From IMG/VR virus record IMGVR_UViG_3300014204_000116, positions 32,001-96,000 of that record: DNA of 64,000 bases, one strand, 5' to 3'. Position 1 is the stretch's first letter; every line of letters starts with the position of its first letter. This document shows positions 57,601 to 64,000 of this stretch, piece by piece. The notes below the pieces were generated by a model, which was not told where the DNA came from, made no database searches, and worked only from the letters and a program-made list of their open reading frames with translations. A program made the position numbers and the translations under genes. The stretch is from a virus. Lineage: Duplodnaviria > Caudoviricetes.

Positions 57601-60600
57601 CACGCATATTTTGGGTTCTTAGCCCAGGGATCAAGTAAAAAGGTAGCGGAAGCCGATGAGACTTTGGACTCTGCCGAGTTCGTTAAGTCCTACACTACGA
57701 CTAAGTATCAAAAGGAGATCGAAGCCTGGAATAAGGCTACTACTCCTGATGCTCTTACCAGCGTCCTTAAGTCTCTTAAAGCTCCGAAGGCAGCCCGTGT
57801 AGAAATCAGTGCAGCTCTCGCGGGAGAAGTTCTTTCGGTGTTCGAAAATACATACCCAGGAGATCTCCGCCCTCGGAAAGCAATAAAAGCTGCCAAAGCC
57901 TGGCTCCAGGATAAGACAACAGCCAATGCCCTGCTGGCTGACGCTGCCGCTGACGCTGCCGATGAAGCTGCCTGGACTGCTTACTATGCTGCTTGCGCTG
58001 CCCAAGCTGATGTCGATGATGGCAGGCCTTCTTGTGCCGCTCATGCCGCTTGGGCTGCCTGGAGTGCCGCTCAGACGGCTACATACAACGTTGTTAACGA
58101 TGCCCACGATGCAGCTAATTATGCCTTAAAGGCGGGTCTTTCTAACCAGCGCATAATGGACATCGTCAAGGATATAGGTGAAGGATACTTTTCGTTCTTA
58201 ATCCCAGGCCAGCCCGGTAAAGTAGTCGAAGCTGGTGAAGCTTTAGATCCGTCCGAGTTCGTTAAGTCTTACCATACGAGCAAGTACAAAAATGAGATAA
58301 AGGCCTGGGGCACCGCCACCGCTCCAAACACTCTGATCGACATTCTCGAACGTCTCAAAGCTTCCAAGAATGCCTACACGGCGGTAAGCGCAGCACTCGC
58401 CGAAGAAGTTCTTCCTGCATTCGAGAAGAGATATCCTGCCGATCCTCGGCCTCGACAGGCAGTAGAAGCTGCCAAAGATTGGCTTGAAGGCAAGATAGTA
58501 AATAACGCTAATGCTGCCGCTCGTGCTGCCAGTGCTGCCTCCGATGCTCGGGCCACCGCCTATGATCGTCTCCCTGGCGTCGATAGAGATGCCGATGCCG
58601 CTGCTTACGCTGCTGCTTACGCCGCTGGTTCTACCACTGGTTCTGCCTACGGTGCTTACAACGCTGTTTATTACGCTGTTATGGCAGGCCTCCCCCAGTC
58701 GCGTGCCGTGGTTATTATCAAGGAAGTGGGCGAGAAATACTTTTCGTTCTTAGGTAGGGGTCCAAGTGAAGGCGTGGCTGAAGTGATTGTGACAAATTTG
58801 CTGGATGAAGTCTTAGATCCAGCCGAATTTGTCCGGTCCTATACCACGGCCAAATATCAGAAGGAGATCGCGGAATGGAACAAATCTACCACTCCAGAGG
58901 CTCTTCTCTACGCCCTTAAATCTCTCAAAGCTCCGAGAGAAATTTTTGTAGAAATTTGTCTGGCATTTGCAGAAGAAGCTCTTCCGATATTCGAAAGTAA
59001 GTTCCCTGAGGATCTCCGCCCACGTAAGGCTATAAAAGCCACCAAGGCTTGGCTTAGGAATAGGACAGTGGAAAATGCTCGTAAGGCTGACCGGGCTGCT
59101 TATGCCTCCGACGAGGCTGCCTCGGCTGCTATTAAGGCCTCGGCCTACGCTGCTGTTGCTTCTGCTGCTGCTCATGCTGCTTCTCGCGCGGCTTGGAGTG
59201 TTAATTCTGCACACGATGTTTTTATTGGCTTTGTCGGGAATACTACTTCGGCTGCCACCTGTGCTACTGAAGCAGGCATCTCTAACCAGCGCGCCATGGA
59301 CATCGTTAGGGAAGTAGGCCACAGATACTTTTCGTTTTTAGACCAGGGCTCCACAGAGGGCGTGGCTGAGGCAATCGTAACAAATTTGCTGGATGAGACT
59401 TTAGACCCTGCCGAGTTCGTTAAGTCTTACACCACGACCAAATATCAGGACGAGATCGAGGACTGGAATAGGGCTATTACTCCGAAGGGTCTTATTGACA
59501 CCCTTACAACTATCAGAGTTCCAGGGGCAGTTTTCGTAGAGATTAGCATAGCTCTCGCAGAAAAGACTCTTCCGGCATTCGAAAGGACGCACCCAAAAGA
59601 GCTTAAGCCACGGAAAACTTTGGAAGCAGCTAAAGCTTGGCTTAAAAACAGGACAAGTGCCAATGCCCGTGTTGCTCGTGCTGCTGCTGATGAAGTCGCC
59701 ATTGGCATATCCGCTGCTAACGGTGCTCGGGCTGCCGCGTGGGCGGCTTACGGCGCTGCTTTTCCTGAGTCTGCCTCTCTTTTTACTGCATATGCCGTTG
59801 GTGACGCCGTTCACGGGGGCCTTACCAACGGTCAGGTGATGGACATCGTCAGGGAAATCGGCCATAGATACTTTTCGTTCTTAGCTCGGGGCTCGGGTGA
59901 AACTAATGAAGCCCTGGACCCCTCCGAGTTTGTCCGGTCCTACAACGCGACCAAATACCGCGAAGAAATAATAGACTGGACTAGTACTTCTACCCCAAAG
60001 GGTCTCATCTTTATTCTCAAGACTCTCAATGCTCCCAAAGCAGCCTTTGTCGAGATTGGCATAGCCCTTGCAGAGGAAGCTCTTCCGATATTTGAAAAGG
60101 AGTTCCCCGAGGATCTTCGCCCTCGGAAAGCTTTGGAAATAGCTAAAGCCTGGCTTAAGGATCAAACGGAAGCTAATGCTCAGGCTGCTGCTGATGCGGC
60201 GGCTGCCGCCTCTACGACCTGGTGGTCTTCCGATGCTACTGCCTATGCCCGTAATAATGCTGCTAGTGCTGTCTACGAGGTTCTTTGGATAGTTGGGACT
60301 GATACCACGAGCAGAGTTGTGGCCACTGCTAATGTGGCTTATTATGCCACTAAAGCAGGCCTTCTCCCTCAGCGCGTGTTTGACGTCGTTAGAAAAATCG
60401 GTGAGAAATACTTCTCGTTCTTAGGCCCGGACACGGATGTAAATGTAGTGGAAGCCAGCGAAGCTTTAGATCCTGCTGAGTTTGTCCAGTCCTATACCCT
60501 GGACAAATATAGGGATAAGATTGAAATTTGGAACAAGTCTACTAACGAAAAGGATCTCCTCTATGTCCTTAGGGATATTGGGGCTCCCAAGACAGCCTAC

Positions 60601-63600
60601 GTAGAAATTGGCCTAGCTTGCGCAGAAGGAGTTCTTCCGGCATTCGAAAAGAAATACCCCGGAGAACTTCGTCCCCGACAAGCGCTAGAAGCTTTAAGAA
60701 CTTGGCTTAAAGACCCATCGCCAGCTAATGCCCACGCTGTTAAGGCTGCTGCTCAGGCCGCTGACGCTGCTGCTCAATTGGCTGCTGTTGACGCTGCTAA
60801 AGCTGAGGACGCCGCTGAAGCTGCTGAAGCTGCGGGTGGTTACTACACCACAGATCACGATATTGACAGAGCTTCTTGGGCTGCCAATGCAGCAGCCAAT
60901 GCTGCCTGGATTATCGGTGTTGTTTATACAGCGCTTGATGCCATTGGCACTGTCTATTACGCCACTAAAGCAGGCCTTCCCCTCCAGCGTGCATTGGATA
61001 TTGTCAGAGGAGTGGGTGCGAAATACTTCTCGTTCTTAGGCCAGGGGCCGAGTGAAAAGGTGGCGGAAGCCCACGAAATGTTAGATCCTTCTGAGTTTGT
61101 TAAGTATTACCACCGGGGCAAATACAGGGAAGAGATTGGGGCTTGGAACGAAACTGACAATCCAGAGATTCTTGTTGCTGTTCTCCGGGCTCTCAATGTT
61201 CCGAAAGTGGCTTATGCAGAGATCAGCGTAGCACTCGCTGAAAAAGTTCTTCCTGTATTCGAGAAGAGGTATCCTAATGATCCTCGGCCTCGACAGGCGG
61301 TAGAAGCTGCCAAAACTTGGCTTGGAGCTAGAACAGTGGCCAATGCCGAGGCTGCGGAAAAAGCTATTGTCGCTGTCTATGCAATTGCTCACATAACCAG
61401 TGCTTCTGCTTCTGTTATTTTTTACGCTGCCCGAGTCGTTCGTAATGCCAAAACTGATCTGGGTGTTGGTAGCACTTCTGCTTATGTTGCCGCCTCTGAA
61501 GCTGCTGGCTACGCCGCTCACTATGCCGTTAAAGCAGGCATTTTCACACAGGAGGTCATAGGCATAATTAAGGAAGTGGGGCACAAGTATTTTTCATTTT
61601 TAGGCCAGGGAACAACCGAGGGCATGTCCGAAGCGATTGTAACAGGTTTGCTAGGTGAAACTTTAGATCCTTCTGAGTTTGTTAAGTCTTACACCCTGAG
61701 CAAATACCAGGTAGAGATTGAAGTTTGGAACAAAGCGTCTATTCCAAAAGATCTTACCGGCGTATTGCAACGTCTTAAAGCTCCCAAAGCTGCCTACGTA
61801 GAGTTTGGCATAGCCGTTGCCGAAGAAGTTCTATCGGTATTCGAGAAGAGGTATCCTAATGATCCTCGGCCTCGTCAGGCAATAGAGGCTGCCAAAACTT
61901 GGCTTAACGACCAAACGGAGGCTAATGCTCTTGCGGCTCGTGCTATTGCTCTTGCCGCTTCTGACGAAGATGTTTCTGATCGGCCTGCCTGCTCTGCTCA
62001 TGCTGCCGCTAATGTCGCTTGGTCTGCTGCCTCTTATTCTGCTTACATTATCTATTCCCTGTATGCTATGGCTGATGCAGCCAGGGTAGGCCTTCCCAGG
62101 CAGCGCATAATGGACATTGGCAGGGAAATAGGCCATAAATACTTTTCATTCTTAGGCCAGGGCACGGATGCAAATGTAACGGAAGCCCTCGATGCTTTAG
62201 ATCCTTCTGCATTCTTTCAATCCTACACGCTGGCCAAATACAAGAAGGACATTAAAGATTGGGGTAAAGCTACGACTTCAGAGGATTTTATCCGTGTCCT
62301 CCATAATATCAATGCTCCCAAGGCAGCTTTTGTAGAGATAGGAATAGCGTGCTCAGAAGAATTACTTCCGATGTTTGAGAAGAACCACCCAGGAAAGGAT
62401 CAACCTCGGAACGCGGTAGAAGCGGCCAAAGCTTGGCTCAAGAACCAGACAACAGCTAATGCCAAAGCTGCCCGTTTTGCAGCAGTTGAGGCTCGGGAAT
62501 TTGCTTCCGATAGCTGGGCGACTGATGCTATGGCTGCTTGTGTCGCTTCGGCTGCTTCTGAAGCCGCTGCTGCCGCTGCTCATGCTCCTACTCCTTCTGC
62601 TTCTGGCCCTAGCTACTCTGCTGTTGCTGCCGGGGGTTCTATCTACTATGCCATGAGGGTCGGTCTTTCTTCCCAGAGCGCAGCCAATATCGTTAAGGAA
62701 GTGGGAAAGAGATATATCTGGTTCTTGAACCAAGATGGGATAAGCAGCGTGGCTGAAACAGCCGTGGCCAACTTGCTGGACGAAGCCTTAGATCCTGCCG
62801 AGTTTGTTAAGTCCTACACCCTTGACAAATACAGCGATGAGATTGAAACGTGGAACAAAGCTACCACTACAACGGCTCTTATCAACGTATTGAAATCTCT
62901 TAAATCTCCTGGTGCAGCCTTCGTAGAGATTAGTGCAGCTCTCGCAGAAGAAGTCCTCCCGGTATTTGAAAAAGCGGCACCTAATGATCTCCGGCCTCGG
63001 AAAGCTGTAGAGGTCGCAAAAGACTGGCTTAAGGGCAGGGCAACAGGTGATGCCGATGCTCTCAGTGGCGCTGCTCTGGCCGCTTACGAGGTTCTTACCA
63101 GAGCTGCGACTGCGGCTTTTGATATTGAGTCTACCTGGGCCGCTGTTCAAGCCGCCGATCAGGCCGCTGCCGCTGCTCGGGCTGCTGCTTGGACCGCTAA
63201 CGTTGTAAGCAACAACAACATTAATGCCGATGCCAGGGACGTGGCTAACGTGGTTTTTTATTCTGTCAGGGCAGGCCTCCATAACCGGCACGTGATGAGC
63301 ATCGTCAAGAAGGTGGGCGAGAAATACTTTTCGTTCTTAAGCCGGGGCTCGAAAAAAAGGCAGCCAAAAGCCACTCCAGGCAAGTTGCCCGAAGATAACG
63401 CCGATCAGTCCATACTCTATCATTTGGCAGACGTGGCTAAGTATTCTGACAGGTGGCATGCTTACGTATTAAATTCTGCCGGGGAAAAGATCTATTTGAC
63501 GCCAGACAGCACGCTTACTAAAGATCCAATCCTGTGGACGACGCAACAGCGCGCGCGGGTGATAGGTAGCCATTACTGGCAAAGTGTACAGTGGGAGCGC

Positions 63601-63648
63601 GTTCCCTATGATATCGCAAAGTCCAGCGAAGAAAGTGGTGGGGTGTAA
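54685..63648 (+). CDS. Polyprotein of 15 tandem Imm5-like domains plus a unique C-terminal domain
   Basis: 15 units of the form E(A/T)LDP(A/S)EFV.S...DLRPR.A.EAAKAWL...GxKYFSFL, joined by acidic linkers. Confidence 0.9.
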   Translation: MKCRIKDCHGYVAPHATEESRVHDLCPAHSEGLLMTAEEVVDEALDPAEFVKSFTAAKYRDQIRRWDKASTVGEVIEILQHLRAPKRTYAEISIALAEKVLPVFEKEFPKDLRPRQAVEATKACLKDQTPAVVQAAVNAANGANDASIASTMHAAASNAASAASNAAWTGADGADGAGVGGAMWAAVDTANTAAYAINAGLTKQHALNIIQEIGEKYFSFLAQWVRNPKAEKVAEADETLDPAKFVKSYTTTKYKNEIERWNKVSTTGDALAILQFLRAPKVAYTEISITLAEEVLPKFEKKYPKDLRPRKAIEAAKAWTKSQTSANVQAATFAADAAYNASVATFANAAMAASNAALAASNAAAQAGADTTERAAINAANAAYNAISAGLTKQHALGVIKGIGEKYFSFLIRGWGKHTSEKVAEADETLDPAEFVQSFTVAKYKDEIERWTKSPTVGTLIGVLKAIKTSKAVFVEIGIAIAEEALSVFENKHPGDLQDLRPRKALEIAKAWLKDQTEANAQAAQHVAYEIYDAYVDYGTNAVAYAAQAAAYPKAAGSYVTYAASSAIKAGIPSQRLVDIIREIGHKHFGFLPQGSGETAAEPVVDEALDPSEFVQSYTTDKYKKEIKTWNKNSTPGSLIDVLKALKAPKTAYVEIGVILAEEVLPVFEKEFPKDLRPRKAIEATRAWLKDSSLVAGDVAAGAIKAADEIEAFNKGDSNFKVWNTHAKATHAAKVAAFAAWSAFASSNVGLAISSAHYATIDAIGAGLTSQHAMDVVREVGGRYFSFLTQGSSKKVTKAVVDEALDPAEFVQSYNLARHRKEIETWGKVYSPMALINVLHTLKAPQAAFVQISIALAEEALPKFEKKYPKDLRPRKAIEAAKAWLKDGTTANADAAEAAGKEAMAAVAMTNRSSSPYMASRAAARAAAQAAYITCVSPTSDHVYAYADATALHSGKAGVPKQRAMDIIREVGHAYFGFLAQGSSKKVAEADETLDSAEFVKSYTTTKYQKEIEAWNKATTPDALTSVLKSLKAPKAARVEISAALAGEVLSVFENTYPGDLRPRKAIKAAKAWLQDKTTANALLADAAADAADEAAWTAYYAACAAQADVDDGRPSCAAHAAWAAWSAAQTATYNVVNDAHDAANYALKAGLSNQRIMDIVKDIGEGYFSFLIPGQPGKVVEAGEALDPSEFVKSYHTSKYKNEIKAWGTATAPNTLIDILERLKASKNAYTAVSAALAEEVLPAFEKRYPADPRPRQAVEAAKDWLEGKIVNNANAAARAASAASDARATAYDRLPGVDRDADAAAYAAAYAAGSTTGSAYGAYNAVYYAVMAGLPQSRAVVIIKEVGEKYFSFLGRGPSEGVAEVIVTNLLDEVLDPAEFVRSYTTAKYQKEIAEWNKSTTPEALLYALKSLKAPREIFVEICLAFAEEALPIFESKFPEDLRPRKAIKATKAWLRNRTVENARKADRAAYASDEAASAAIKASAYAAVASAAAHAASRAAWSVNSAHDVFIGFVGNTTSAATCATEAGISNQRAMDIVREVGHRYFSFLDQGSTEGVAEAIVTNLLDETLDPAEFVKSYTTTKYQDEIEDWNRAITPKGLIDTLTTIRVPGAVFVEISIALAEKTLPAFERTHPKELKPRKTLEAAKAWLKNRTSANARVARAAADEVAIGISAANGARAAAWAAYGAAFPESASLFTAYAVGDAVHGGLTNGQVMDIVREIGHRYFSFLARGSGETNEALDPSEFVRSYNATKYREEIIDWTSTSTPKGLIFILKTLNAPKAAFVEIGIALAEEALPIFEKEFPEDLRPRKALEIAKAWLKDQTEANAQAAADAAAAASTTWWSSDATAYARNNAASAVYEVLWIVGTDTTSRVVATANVAYYATKAGLLPQRVFDVVRKIGEKYFSFLGPDTDVNVVEASEALDPAEFVQSYTLDKYRDKIEIWNKSTNEKDLLYVLRDIGAPKTAYVEIGLACAEGVLPAFEKKYPGELRPRQALEALRTWLKDPSPANAHAVKAAAQAADAAAQLAAVDAAKAEDAAEAAEAAGGYYTTDHDIDRASWAANAAANAAWIIGVVYTALDAIGTVYYATKAGLPLQRALDIVRGVGAKYFSFLGQGPSEKVAEAHEMLDPSEFVKYYHRGKYREEIGAWNETDNPEILVAVLRALNVPKVAYAEISVALAEKVLPVFEKRYPNDPRPRQAVEAAKTWLGARTVANAEAAEKAIVAVYAIAHITSASASVIFYAARVVRNAKTDLGVGSTSAYVAASEAAGYAAHYAVKAGIFTQEVIGIIKEVGHKYFSFLGQGTTEGMSEAIVTGLLGETLDPSEFVKSYTLSKYQVEIEVWNKASIPKDLTGVLQRLKAPKAAYVEFGIAVAEEVLSVFEKRYPNDPRPRQAIEAAKTWLNDQTEANALAARAIALAASDEDVSDRPACSAHAAANVAWSAASYSAYIIYSLYAMADAARVGLPRQRIMDIGREIGHKYFSFLGQGTDANVTEALDALDPSAFFQSYTLAKYKKDIKDWGKATTSEDFIRVLHNINAPKAAFVEIGIACSEELLPMFEKNHPGKDQPRNAVEAAKAWLKNQTTANAKAARFAAVEAREFASDSWATDAMAACVASAASEAAAAAAHAPTPSASGPSYSAVAAGGSIYYAMRVGLSSQSAANIVKEVGKRYIWFLNQDGISSVAETAVANLLDEALDPAEFVKSYTLDKYSDEIETWNKATTTTALINVLKSLKSPGAAFVEISAALAEEVLPVFEKAAPNDLRPRKAVEVAKDWLKGRATGDADALSGAALAAYEVLTRAATAAFDIESTWAAVQAADQAAAAARAAAWTANVVSNNNINADARDVANVVFYSVRAGLHNRHVMSIVKKVGEKYFSFLSRGSKKRQPKATPGKLPEDNADQSILYHLADVAKYSDRWHAYVLNSAGEKIYLTPDSTLTKDPILWTTQQRARVIGSHYWQSVQWERVPYDIAKSSEESGGV

Positions 63649-63653
63649 TTAGT

Positions 63654-64000
63654 ATGCAGATGAACGCGGAGCACATAGTAGGCACTTTGATCGGTGAAGG
63701 CGAGAGCGATGATTCCCGTCTTCTGCGCGATATTGCCAAGGTGGGGATGGATACACCCTGGCTGGCCGCGAGGAGAGCCTGGGATAATGCCGATCCACCG
63801 GATAAGGCCTGGACTGCCGTGTTTAACGCCATTGGATTTATCGGTGGCCGTGCTGATTACATGGCCGTCATGTTGAATCGCCTTGAGCGCGAGGCTCGCA
63901 CACGGGGTATAGATTTTGGGGAAATGTGGCCACAGGTTGATCTACACCTATCGGCTGCCTCTATTCCAACGGACATTCGAGACATAGTACATCGTATCTG
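63654..64000 (+). CDS. Hypothetical protein with an N-terminal cargo-type motif (3' end truncated)
   Basis: GTAATTA at 63645-63651; MQMNAEHIVGTLIGEGE; frame open to the window end. Confidence 0.65.
   Translation, partial: MQMNAEHIVGTLIGEGESDDSRLLRDIAKVGMDTPWLAARRAWDNADPPDKAWTAVFNAIGFIGGRADYMAVMLNRLEREARTRGIDFGEMWPQVDLHLSAASIPTDIRDIVHRI

Noticed and set aside
41728-63291. Many antisense Ser/Ile-rich ORFs and alternate-frame Leu/Pro-rich ORFs over the Imm5-like repeats
   Set aside because: They are shadows of the GCT-rich sense frame (AGC on the reverse strand, CTG in the shifted frame), with no independent coding signal
41743-63648. Diversity-generating retroelement acting on the variable cores
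   Set aside because: No reverse transcriptase and no TR/VR pair differing only at adenines in the window, and cores differ in length; not excluded for the rest of the genome

Overview
This 64-kb window looks like part of a large (jumbo-type) tailed-phage genome in standard genetic code, with dense and mostly + strand genes. It carries tail and baseplate genes (gp25-like, collagen fibre, Ig, LamG, PKD), an HU-like protein, a GT9 glycosyltransferase, an SF2 helicase, a PAPS-reductase-family protein, a DUF559 nuclease, a divergent GMP-reductase/IMPDH, a Nudix hydrolase and many small early-type ORFs behind sigma70-like promoters. The main signal is 29 copies of an Imm5-like helical domain with a conserved frame and a hypervariable Ala-rich core. 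They occur as a 14-gene tandem array (41.7-49.8 kb) and as a 15-domain, 2987-aa polyprotein (54.7-63.6 kb). The polyprotein linkers carry two short motifs, A-E-x-h-V-x-x-L-L-[DEG]-E and [IL]-D-P-x-[ED]. The same motifs recur in otherwise unrelated proteins, including one with an Acb1-like 2H phosphoesterase domain and a 1372-aa mosaic protein. Many of these genes sit directly behind a shared GTA[GAT]TTA motif. My inference is a late-expressed, head-packaged, protease-processed cargo system that delivers a diversified binder or anti-defence repertoire. Also notable are a ~790-nt hairpin-rich non-coding region (candidate large ncRNA) and an intergenic 11-bp phased repeat. All family calls come from recognising motifs by eye; no database search was run.
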